Assembly: GCA_010909165.1 (NCBI GenBank)
Contig: MU008178.1
Coordinates: 570,369-634,368 of the forward strand
Source: Anthoceros angustus
Lineage: Eukaryota > Plantae > Anthocerotophyta
Length of the DNA stretch: 64,000 bases
Reading direction: 5' to 3'
This document shows, piece after piece, positions 24,151-36,000 of this stretch (position 1 is the first letter of the stretch; the number at the start of each line of letters is the position of its first letter). A program made the position numbers and the translations under genes. Under the pieces are notes generated by a model. The model saw nothing but the letters and a program-made list of their open reading frames with translations, did no database searches and was not told the DNA's origin.

Positions 24151-26133
24151 AATGCAGGATCCGGAATGCAGGCTCCGACTCCGATGGGTCCCTCAGGTAC
24201 CGGAGGCTAGATGCTGCGGCGAGAGGACGCCTTCAGTCTTGGCACGACGTTGCACAGCAGAAGAAGACGGACGAGCGGGATGAGAGGGACCACGGTGCAT
24301 TACACCGGGTCTCCACACACCTTTTATACACCGAAATGAATTCGAAAGGCCGTGTTGAAAGGATTGAGACTGCCATGCCTCGCAAGCTACATGCTATTTC
24401 AAGTTTGCAACCTGAACTGTGGCACGCCCACATGCGCCCGGGAGCTGTTCCAGACGCGCTCGGCGCTCGCTGTAGGAACCAGCCTGGACGACAGCTATCA
24501 CCCCAGGCATATCCGATTTTTCCTCCTGATAAGGCCGCCTGTTTTTTAGGGCAGCTGGTCTTCCTGCTCCTGGTCGGTGTGGTCTAGTCAACGAATTTGA
24601 TGGAAAAACTTACTCTCTCGTTTGTGCACTGCATTTGGTGGTGAGAGAGAATATTCATAGTCCCGCACGCTAGTACACTTCGGCATCAGCGCTACCGTCA
24701 CAGGCTAATTGTAGACACGGTCGCATTTTGGGTTGGGGATATTCGGGGTTTTGTGCCGTCCAAATGGGGGCGACAGCCATGGCCCGGAGACTTCGTCACG
24801 GACAACTGTAGTTCCGGTAGTTAGACATGATCCAGAGAGACGAGTCCACCAGAAGAAGGAGAAGAATTTTATCGAAGTCCACTAAGGACGGATTTCCGTC
24901 ATGGGACTTGGTACTTAACAACTTGTACCATGGTGTGCCTAACCCCTGCTTGCACCAAGGGCGCAGATGCTTAATCACGACGTTCTTATAAATGTGTGTC
25001 CATTTGGCCTAAGTCATTTGGACACAGTAGTTGATCTAGATCTACAAGTTTCTCCTGGGAACCACCTTCCCAACCTTGTAAAAGCCTTTGATTTCTACAC
25101 TGAGCTCTAGCTTCTCTCCAAGTGACTCTGGCTTTCCTGCAAGAGACTCTGGCTTTTCGCTGTTGTAGCTATCAAAAGACAAGCCCCTGGTAAAGCTAAG
25201 AACAGTGGGGGCAAGTAAACACCACATCTTGGAGTTCAAAAACTCAAAAGTCCGTTGAGGTTTTCTATGCTAGCGTCGGAGATACAGTCTAAGCCCGAGG
25301 GTTCGACAAAGGCATGACAACCCCACTTGCGGGTTCCATAAACACCCCAAGTCAGTAGCCTAACCGCAGAGTTGCTATCATGAACTCGTGGAGACAAAAA
25401 CTACGAGCCTGAAGTTCATATGTCCTCCTCCGAGTCGGAGGGCAACAGGACACATATGTGCTGATGTGCTGAACACAAGGACATTGAGCAATGTCAAGAA
25501 GGCTTTTGAACTCAGCCGACTTCTCGGTCAGCGAGTACTGAATGTATCTACGTATCTGAATTATGCCTCATGACAAGCAGGCAAGCATCAGTACCTTTGA
25601 TGTCACTGGCAAACAGTCAGGTTCGTGCTCCTCGTGATTCGCATGATGGATCAAGTTACACCACATCCCCTCAGAAATGTTCCACAACAGATGTACCACA
25701 CTGCCAGACTGCTGATAAAGTGGGGGGCCAGGTTGCGTCATCATCATCTAAATTGCTGTGATGATATTCTTGGCTGAAGAAGCCTGAAGCTTGTAATACC
25801 ATCTAGAGCCACGACTAGGGACGGATCAGCTCCATGTAGACGTGGCCTGGATGTCTTTTCTTCTCTGCCTTCCAATCTAATAACTGCTTCATCAATGAAT
25901 CATGCCCGCATTTCTCATACAGCTTGTGCCATCATTCTCAGTACTTGCCTTCACAGAGCTGGGAAAACATTAGCTTGGGCTCCACGTTCAGGATGATTTG
26001 GCACGAGAGGACGCTTAGAGTCTTGTCTGATTCAACAAGTGGCTCCGACTCCACCAGCTGTCCGCCCAATCGCAGAAACACTGCTTCCGTTGCTGACCTG
26101 CATTCCTCACTCACTCATTCAGTTAAAGCTGCA

Positions 26134-26862
26134 TTACTCCCAGCTACCCTTGCTCCTTCTGAGAGTCTTTTTTGATGCCATTCGTTTTTTCTCATCCAGC
26201 CGCTTTTCGTTCTCCACCTTTGCGAGCTTCTGGATTCGTTTCTTCTTCTCCTCTGACACAGGAGGAGGCTCATAAGCAGCAGCATCAATCAGCTGCTGCA
26301 ACTTGGCCAGCGCATCATCAATGTTCCCCTTTTGAGTCCTGGTTTTCGTGGAAGATATAAACAGCTCGCCATCACTATTGACCCTATTCTTCTCCATGTG
26401 CATCAATTTCGACCTCACTCTTGCTGGGAGCCAGGTTGCACCCATGACATTGAAACGCATGTCCACTTTTGTGTTGACCTTGTTCACATTCTGGCCCCCA
26501 GCTCCACCACTTCGAGCAAAACTTAGAGTCACATGCTCCAGCGAGATCTTGGGCACCGGTTCTGACAAGTCAGGGACGACTTGAGAATCTAGCTCCTGAT
26601 TTCTGAGAGCTAACCTGGCTGGTAGCTTGGGTCCGTCACCTCCAGGAGCATAATCCGCACACTGAGCCCTGACAGAGCTCCAACTTTTGCTCTTGAACTC
26701 TCTACATGTCACCAGCTTTGCATGCAATGGCCCAAGGGCAATGGGCTGACAACGAAAACTTCCGAAGAAGTAAGGACAAGCCCCAACACGCGAGGCCAAC
26801 ATGCCCCTGTTCAGCTGAAACCCGCTCACACTTGCTGCCATCCTCTTCGCTGCAGAGCCCAT
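26134..26862 (-). CDS. Organellar peptidyl-tRNA hydrolase / ribosome rescue factor ICT1/ArfB (RF-1 domain); intronless
   Basis: FARSGGAGGQNVNKVNTKV (GGQ motif), RTQKGN, a basic C-terminal tail and a transit-peptide-like N-terminus. First ATG at 26862. Confidence 0.93.
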   Translation of the reverse strand: MGSAAKRMAASVSGFQLNRGMLASRVGACPYFFGSFRCQPIALGPLHAKLVTCREFKSKSWSSVRAQCADYAPGGDGPKLPARLALRNQELDSQVVPDLSEPVPKISLEHVTLSFARSGGAGGQNVNKVNTKVDMRFNVMGATWLPARVRSKLMHMEKNRVNSDGELFISSTKTRTQKGNIDDALAKLQQLIDAAAYEPPPVSEEKKKRIQKLAKVENEKRLDEKKRMASKKTLRRSKGSWE

Positions 26863-27400
26863 CGCGTTCTTCACACACCAACGATGATACCCATCAACAA
26901 TAAGACTATTTGGGCAACTGCAAATCGAGTCGGTGGAATCGGATTGTGCAGGCGACGACTTAGGTTTTGGGAAGAAGAGGCTTCAGGGTCGTGTGATTCT
27001 TTTTTTGTGGATAAACCAACATGGTTTGAATGCGTCCTAGACAGCCACGTGACAGGATGCACAATTGCACCTCAGCCATGAAAAGGCATATGCACACTAT
27101 GGGCAGATCAGCAGCAGGAGCACCGGAATCACCTGATCCGGCCTGTACCTCATTATAGAGACACCTCGAAAGCAGAGGCGACAGTGAGCCTCAGTGATCC
27201 GATAAGGTAGTCTGTTAAGGTGGGGGAGGGAGTTCTCACATTCTGTATTCGCCGTCTACTCACCTCATAGCCATCACCGGACATTGTCTGCCTGAGTGTG
27301 TAGCACGTCCCCTCCCCGCGATTTACTCCTTTGAATGCTGCCTAGTCATCTTGCTCGGTTAGGATGGTTTGAAATTCACGCTTGTGCTGCAGATTTCTCC

Positions 27401-30050
27401 ATGGCTCAAGTGTTGCAGAGAATGTGGTGGAGCAGGCCCGAAGTCTGTGCACCTCGAATGCCTGGGGGGATAACAAGGTTGTGGTGCAGAAACGAGGCAG
27501 CTGATGATAATGCTGAATCAAGCAAGCGGAGAGTGCTCGTGTTGGGAGGAACAGGTCGGGTGGGAGGCTCTACAGTCAGAGCATTGGTGGCTAGCACCCC
27601 TCCGCTGCAAGTAATTGTTGCTGGCCGCAACCGGTATGTGCGTTGTCCCCTGTGTTTATGGCTGGAGGTTTGTCAAGGATTGCACGCTAGGCGAGTTTTT
27701 GTGAGATCTCCTCAGTTCTCATGTTTTTGGACTGTTCTCGTGCAGGCAAAGAGGAGAAGCTCTAGTGACAGAGCTTGGTGCGGGAACCGAGTTTATGCAA
27801 TTCGATACCAACGACGCGCCATCTTTGCGATCAGCACTTGAAGGTAGTACATGTTCCTCGCAAACCATTATAAGCAGCCTCGTAATTGAGCATCCCTATA
27901 CGCAAAGTAGTTTTCCTCACTCCAGCAAGTGGTCAGATTGGCTTCCCATTCTGAGCAGAATGATTTGTTCTGGAATTGCTCGCAGGTGTAGACCTTGTGG
28001 TCCATGCTGCCGGGCCATTTCAACGGCAAGAGACATGCCCTGTCCTGGAGGCTGCCATCTCCACGAGGGTAAATGGCAAAGCTTCTGCAACAGATTATAG
28101 GACGTGCGCGTGGTGCAGTAGTCTGATATTCCAGCCCCTCAAACAGTCCTTGCTGTTGCAGGCTGAGAATCATGCTTCAATATGGTCTGCAGACACCCTA
28201 TGTGGATGTGTGCGATGACCAAGAGCATTCCATACTGACAAAAAGCTATCACGAGAAGGCAGTTGCTGCAGAGATTCCTGCTATCACTACCGCCGGCATC
28301 TATCCTGGAGTCAGTAATAGTGGGTACTCCTTGGAAACATTGCAATCTCATCTGTGGGATGTGAGGAATCTGTCCAACCAGAATGCACTCTTTGTCAATG
28401 TATTGCACTGTCTTGGTCCGTGAGTGAGGCAACGGAGGTCAATACTATGACCCTCGTGCTGTCTTCTGAGTCTCAGTGGTTTTCTTGTATTGGCAGTAAT
28501 GGCTGCAGAGTTGGTCCGATTGGCTAGGTCAGGCACAGCTGGGAGTGAACCAGAGCGGCTCCGGTAAGTCCCTGCACCTTGTCAAGATGTTGAACTCGTC
28601 TCACCTTTGTAGTTGCTGGACACAATGTAGCAGGTGGAATGAGGTTGTGTGAGAGCTTTCTGTTATGACATGTTCAGGTATTCTTATTACACGGCAGGCT
28701 CTGGTGGGGCAGGACCCACCATTCTTGCAACTAGTTTTCTCTTACTTGGAGAAGATGTGGTAGTATATCGAAGGGGTGAGTCTTTTTGGCTCCAACCACA
28801 CATCTTGCTTACTTTTCCTTCAAGTTCCTCAAGGGTGGTACCTGTTGCAGGCGAAGTGCTGAAACTTAAGCCCTACACAGGAGAGCGCGAAGTTGATTTC
28901 GGAAAAGCGGTTGGCAAGAAGCCAGTGTATCTCCTGTAAGGCCATGTTCCTGACATGTTTCTTGCTGTTGGACCGAAGAAAGAATTAGTACTATTCTTGC
29001 TTGGAATTTATCCTAAGTCTTCATAGTTTGGATGTGTGCCGGACCTGTTACCGGGGAAATGCAGAAATCTACCAGAAGTTGCAAGTGCTCATAAAGTACT
29101 GGGGATTCAAAGCGTTAGTGCCCGGTTTGGAACCGATCCATTCTTTTGGAACTGGGCTATGGGCGCTGTTTCGAATTTTGTGTCTCCGGTAAGTGACATG
29201 GGTACTGGGTTATGTGGATAAATTTGCATGCTGTGGGACCGTTCCAACGCTGCCCATTGTGTCTCAGGACGTTTTGAAAGATCGAAGCAAAGTGAATGGT
29301 CTGGTGAAGCTCTCAGATCCTCTGGTACGAGCTATCGATGGTATCGTCGGGGAGAAGGTGTCGATGAGGGTATGTTACCAGTGGCTTTGGTACCATGTGC
29401 TTGCGCTGGACGGGTTCTGTCATTCCCATGTGCTGAAGTTGTTTTTCGCCCTTACACAGGTGGATCTGGAATGCTCTGATGGCCGCAAAGCCGTGGGACT
29501 CTACTCGCATAAGAAGCTGTCAGTGTGAGTGTATCATGCATGCCTAGGGAGCCGTAGTGTCCTATGAGTGAGGCAAGGCTGGATTGGAATCCGTTGTTTT
29601 CCTGAAACGTCTGGCAAATGGACATGCAGATGCGTTGGACTTTGTGTGGCTGCATTTGCACGGGCAGTATTGGAAGGTTGCACCCAGCCAGGAGTGTGGT
29701 ACCCTGAAGAGGTAGGGATATAGATGTGTCGTCCTAGTTTCAGAGTTGGGGGTGCTTGCTGAGCTGATGATGTCTTGCTGACTTCCCTCTTTGTCACATT
29801 ATAGGAAGGTGGAATCGCACTAGGGGGCAGGCAAAAACTGCTTGAACGGGCTACGAAAGGGACACTGAATTTTGTGATGAACAGGTGTGGGATTTGATTC
29901 GTTTCGCTTCTAAATTGACAGACTGGTTTGAGGCAGTACGAAGTAGTCTTATCGGTGCATGTTATGTGCTTGTCTCCTTGTTGTTGTAGACCGCCTTGGA
30001 TGATAGAAACGGATCCTAAGGAGATCGGATTTGGGATTTACTTACAGTAG
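27401..30050 (+). CDS. Saccharopine-dehydrogenase-like NAD(P)-binding oxidoreductase, probably plastid-targeted; multi-exon
   Basis: VLVLGGTGRVGGST (Rossmann motif), VVHAAGPFQ, YVDVCDD, GIYPGVSN, SYYTAGSGGAGPTIL and PGVWYPEE. Ends RPPWMIETDPKEIGFGIYLQ*. Confidence 0.88.
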
Positions 30051-30938
30051 ATCGTTCAGGTGAGCGCACAGCAGAGCAGAGCAGAGCAGGGCACAAAGTT
30101 TTGTACTACTAGTTTGGAGTATGCGGTTGGGGATAACACTGGAACAAGGGGAAGTGGCATATTGCCCAGAGCCCCAGTGCACGGCCTACGTTACGTTGTG
30201 ACAAAAGCTGTGAAAAGCGTATCTTGTCTGTGCGCCAGCTGCAGAGAACCCAGCGTGCACTTTCCTTACGGTGGTACGATGCACCCCCTTGACACGTTCT
30301 CACAAAGCTGCCACCAAGCCAGCCTTCTGAGATTCTTATCCATCACGAACATTCGACATGTATACATGAAGATGGGAGGTGAGCAGAGCACGAAGATGAT
30401 AAGCAGAACATGATTTCTCACACGATGAAAGTGTGTGACGCAAGAAAAGCCTTGTGCTGTGATTGATTGTACTGTGTAAAACATGCGAGCGGGTACATCG
30501 ATCCATCACCCGCAACCTGTTCCAACACACAGTAGTGGCATGGCAGTGCATGCTGCTGGAATTCATCTCATGCAAGCCTTTTGGTTCCTCTGAACTGAGA
30601 CGGCACATACTAACCTACTCTCGGGCGGACTCTCAAGGACGCCGCGGGCCATGTCCGTCGGACATGTTACATCCCTGGCTCTTGTGGTCCCCACTGTACC
30701 ATGAACACAAAAAAGAGACAAGAGAGGGCGGAGCATGTTACAGAAGTGTACAGAACTCAGAAGCAGCAATGTGGGCGAGGGGCGGAAGAAGAGGAGAGCG
30801 TGCGTGAATGAGAGAGCCAGGCAACGGACTCTGAGAGGACAAAAATGCAGCAGACGGGGACCACCTGAGGAGCTGAGCTGAGCTGAGCTGAGCCGAGCCG
30901 AGGTAGGTACCTGTGAGCCAATCCTTACATCCTAAAAC

Positions 30939-32890
30939 CTACATCAGGGGACGAGCCATATCAGAGCCGTCGAGGGCAGCCACAGCTCCCCTGGCCCATT
31001 GCTCCCTGGCGTAAAGACAGGCTGCAGAGTAGGGCATCATGTTGACGCCCGAACGCGAAGACGCAGCCGAGGCGGATCCAGAGCCGGAAACCTGCTTGGG
31101 AGCGGCTTGCACCCCCATTGCAAGGTTACGATCCAGCTCCATCTCCATCCGGCCGCTGGAAAGCCTCAAAGAATCAACTCCAACCCCTAGAATGGAATAA
31201 TCCAAAGAGCTGGCATCCAGGCCCGCCATGTCCGAGCTCGCGGTGACGGGCTCCTCCTTCACCTTGGCGGGCAAGTGCGTCGGCCTGGAATCCAGCTCTG
31301 CTGCGGATTGCAGCCTGGCGGCGCCGTTCACGGCCGGACCAGGACTGAAAACGTGCGACCTGGTGGTAGTAGTATTGGTGACGGTCTCCATAGCTGCTGC
31401 AGAAGAAGAGGCGGAAGCAGAGGAATCCGACCCCAGCGACGAGGACGTCCTCAGCGCATCTAGCCGCTGCCGGATTTTCAAGGTGGCCAGGTCCGGCTTG
31501 TCATCCGAGTTGGTGCAGAGGGTGGAAGCGGATGATCCCGCCGGCTGGGATGCTGAAGCCGGGATGGAGAAATTGGTGCGAGCCTTGGATCCCCGCAGCA
31601 TTCTTGCGGCGGCATCGTACGCCCTGGCAGCGTCCTCCGGCGTGTCGAACGTCCCCAGCCAGTGCCGGCATCGGCCGATGCGGTCCCGGATCTCCGCCGA
31701 CCATCTCCCCCACGGGCGCTTCCTCACGCCCCGGAAGCTGCGGCCGCTGCTGGCCGCCGCCGCCGCCGCCGCCTCCTGGCTCTGCAGATTGCTGCGAGCC
31801 TTCTCCCTCCCGGCGTCCACAGACGGTCGATGCGCGGCAGGCGGAGGGATGTAGGAATTGGAGGAGTACCTTCCCAGCGGATTCATGAGCCGGTGCAAGG
31901 GATTGAGCGCAGCCCGGAGAGCCTCGTGCGCAGAGAGATGGTGGCGCACCCGGTCCCGGTCTGATGCAGGCGGCGGCCTGTAATCCGAGGCCCGGCTCCT
32001 CCCACTACCTGCTCCAACGAAGCGCGATGCGTCCTGGGAGGCGGCGGCAGCGGCATTGGCGTTGGTGAAGGCGTTGGGAAAGTGTGCCATTCCGCCATAG
32101 CTGCCCCTAAGGTGCTCCGAATTGGCCGAGGCTGAGGCCGAAGCGGAGCGGGAGTGAAGCGAGGCGGACCTGGTGTTGCCGAAGAGGACGTCGCTGCCTA
32201 CCACTGCCGCGATTCCCTCCAGAGGCTCGTCTCTGTCGTCCGCCGAGAAAAGTGTGAGAGCGGAGGAGTTGTCGGCCGAGCAGGCCAGCTCCAGCTCCCT
32301 GTCCCCGTCCAGCAGCATGGCGGCAGGGCCGTTCCAGGGCCGGGGCCGGGGCCGGGGCCGGGGCCGGGGCCAGGGCCGGGGCCAGGGCCAGTGCCAGGGC
32401 CGGCTCCGGCTCCGGCTCCGGCCGTCCATGGATCCACGACACGGTGGAGGTCGGAGGAGGAGAGGAAGTGGACGTGGTCGGGCTGGCCGTCGGAATCCCG
32501 GGAGCAGGTGGAGGAATGCGGCGGGCTGGAGGTGCGGCTGGACATGGTGCCGGTGGAGGCGTAGGAGTCGAAGGTGCGGGAGGAGCTGCAGTGGAGGTCG
32601 GGCATGGTGCGGGATGAGCTGCACCGCAGGTCGGGCATGGTGCGGGAGGAGCTGCAGCGCAGCACCTGGTGGTCCAGGTTGCGGGACTGAAGGAAGGTCC
32701 ATCTCCCGCTGTTCTCCCCGTACGCCCCGGGTCCCCCCAAGCCTGGCACCAGCTCCTCCTCCCTGCCGCTATTGCCGCTGGGCATGAGGGGCCCGGAGAA
32801 AGGCGGAGCAGCCGCCACGTCCGTCCAGTTGCACCTGCCCCCCATGCTGTCGCTGCTGTAGCTCCGCACCAGCACGTCTTCCAGAGCCAT
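30939..32890 (-). CDS. AP2/ERF transcription factor, ERF084-like; apparent 1-nt frameshift near 32330-32420
   Basis: AP2 domain [41 protein letters not shown] and upstream motif [15 protein letters not shown]. The 5' part (MALEDV.., from 32890) looks coding but is in a different frame. Confidence 0.85.
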
Positions 32891-33059
32891 GGCCGCCGCT
32901 GGCAAGAATTCCTCTTCCTCCAAGTCCAAGTCACCGCAGGCTGGAATAGTCTGAAGACAGAGAGCCGGGAGACAAGACTGTGGTGCAACCTAGGCAAGCT
33001 GGCAGCAGGACAGCAGAGAATTATTGCGGCTCCAATCCGCGGACTCGGACGGAAGGAGC

Positions 33060-36000
33060 AGTGACGGGGAGAGGTAGAGGCGGCGGCGGCATTGCGAGAG
33101 GGATGCAAGAAGCTTGCTAACAGGCAGGGAATGGAATGGAAGGCAAAGGCAAAGGCAAAGGGAAAGGGAAAGGGAAAGGGAAAGCAAAGGCGGAAGGGAA
33201 GTCCCCGTGCGGGCTGCGCTGCAATTGCAGGGTAGACTCTGAGGCGCGGAGAGCATGCAGGAAGCGAGAGAGAAGGCGCGTGAAATGAAATGAGGGAGCG
33301 CAGTGCAGGACTGCACTCTAGTAGAGAAGAGAAGAGACGAGAAGAGGAGAAGAGAAGAAGAGAAGCGAAGAGAAGAGGAGAGAAAAAGCGAAGAAAAGAA
33401 CGTCAAAGGCTCCGGAGGCGGCCAAGAAGCATTAAGGCTAGGACGGAATGGGGGTCCCAGGCTCCGGGGGGTGGGAGTCGGGAAGGAAAGGGGGAGGCGA
33501 GGAAGGTTGCAGTCACAAAGACGAAGATGCTGCGAGCAAGAGATTGTCATAAGTGCAGATGCCGGAGAAGAGCAGAGCGGAGCAGAGCAGAGCAGAGCAG
33601 AGGCCCCCAAGCCTGCGCTGCGCTCTGCGCTCTGCTCTCTGCTCTCTCTCCTCTGTGCAGGTCTGCAGCAGCTGCCATGCACCGAAACCCAAGGAAACGT
33701 GTTGTGTGGGAATGTGACCGGCAGTCCCCAGTAGCCCCACAAGGGGAGTGTGGATGCGGGCGGGCGATCGCCGGTTGGGCGCTGCTTACATAAAAGAAAA
33801 GATGAGAGCATCCAATTGAATGCGGTATTTGTGAGGAAAGCCACGGCAAAGAGGCAAGAGGCAAGAGGCGGCGGGGTCTCGGGACTCGGGACTCGGGACG
33901 GCGCACCGGCTGCTCCCGCTCCCGCTCCCGCTCCCGCTGCCCCTGCCCCTGCCGCTGCCCCTGCCGCCCCTCCGGCCCCCGGTCCACCCGTCCGCGCCCA
34001 CCGGCACGGCCACGCCGTACGAGCGGAACCGTCCCTTCCCGGCGCCATGCAGGCTGCGTCGGTGCCCGGGGCTCGCTGCCCGCTGCCCGTTTGCCCGCTT
34101 GCCCGCTTGCCCGCTTGCCCGCTGCCAGGTGTCAGCGGAGCCCGGAAGGACGGGCGCCGGGGCTCCCAGGCCCGACAGGAAGGATATACAATTGCATCGG
34201 AAGGAGGAACGAAAGAGGGCGGGGCGGATGGGCTGTCGTGTCCGTGTCCCCAGCCCCAGCTCCCAGCTCCCAGCGCCCAGCCCCAAGCCCCAGCCCCGGT
34301 TTGGACAAGATGACAGGAAATGGCATATGCCGCCTCGGCCACCGGCTGCAGCAGGTGGCGTTCCGCGGCAGGCTGCGGGCTGCGGGCTGCGGGCTGCGAG
34401 GCTGCGGCGCTGGGCCCGGGGACATGGATGGATCCCAGTTTATGATGTCAGCATCGTCATCATTCATGGCCATGCCTGCCATGCCAGTGTCATCTGTCAT
34501 GCCACTGCCATGGCACATGGGGGACGGACGGACGGAGCCGGGTAACGCCAGACCGCTGGTCGCTGGTCGCCGGTCGCCGGTCGCCGGTCGCTGGTCGTTG
34601 GCCCCAATTAATGAGTTTGTGTAGGAGCCAGGAGCGTGGAACAAGTTGGCAGTTTGCGTGGCAGGGACAGAGGAACCCGAGGCTGCACCTCCAGTTCCAG
34701 CTCCAGCTACCCGGCGCCCGTGGCGACAAGCGCCTTAATAAGGCCTTAATCTGGTGGCGCATGATAAAGGCAGCAAGAGGGAAGCCTTAAAGGGAGCGCG
34801 GCCCGCTACGGCCCCACTGCCTCCCGCATTAACTTACTGGTGTAACATGTTACACCCAACCGGAGCTATTGTTGGAGCAACGTTTATTTAGTCGGACGGA
34901 CAGGACGTTGACTGCCACCTACCCGCCTAACTGGCACACTGCCATTTGGGCCAGCATCTTGGCATTTCCATTTCCATTTCCCTTTCCCTTTCCATCCCAG
35001 TCCCATGAGGGTGGGGTCATCGGGGCATCCATCCATAATTCCTTTACTCCCTACTGGACTTTGAATAAATGTTTGTTGCTTTTGCTTTCTGTACCCAGCC
35101 CCAGCTCCAGCGGGGCCGGGCCGCAGCCGCCGCATCCCGGGCCCGACGCCCGACATCCCTCGTCCATCCCTGGTCCATCCCATCCCATCCCCCCCCTGGC
35201 CTGCCCATGTATGTAGTCTAGGTAGGTAGCTACATTTGTAGGCAAGGTGGTAGGTATGTGCGAGCGCGAGCCTCAGCTTCAGCTTTGCTTTTCCGTTATT
35301 TCCTCAGGGGCTGGGACTCGCTGAAGTCGTTACCGGATTTGCGTTCCCACCAGTTTGCGAGCCGGGCGCGGGCCCTGGGGCTCGGGCCGCCTGCCCTGCC
35401 CTGCCCTCTCGTGTGGCGCAAGCGCAAACGCGAAACGCGAAATGCAAAACGCAAAACGCAAACGCCAAGGGGCGAAATTTTGTTGCTTCAAACGCGGGCG
35501 GGCTTGTATGTACGTTACGACGTACTGTAGCGCGTGACAGCGCCGTACGTGTCATGATGCAAAGCCAGGAGCAGGATCCCTAGATCTGCAAAACCCTAAG
35601 CGGATCCATGAGCCATGCGGTGTGATAATCGTCATCAGCGCAATCATGCACCTCAAACCCCAGGGGCCCAGGACCCAGGGCCCAGGGCCCAGGGCCCAGG
35701 GCCCAGGCCATGTACATATCTATCTATCATTCGCAACATGAGGAGTCTCATGACCATGATGTCATCTCTCCGATGCTGCCATTAATGTGAGCCTACGCCC
35801 GTACCTGTACCCTCTACCTGTCCCTCTATTATATTGTACATATAGTGAGTGTCCTAGTACCAGTTCAGTACCAGTACCAGTACCAGTGCCAGTACCAGTA
35901 CCAGTACCAGTACCAGTACCAGTATCAGTGCAGTGCCATTGCCAGTGCCACTGCCAGTACCTCGATGGTATGGTATGTACGTATGTATGTACATACATCT

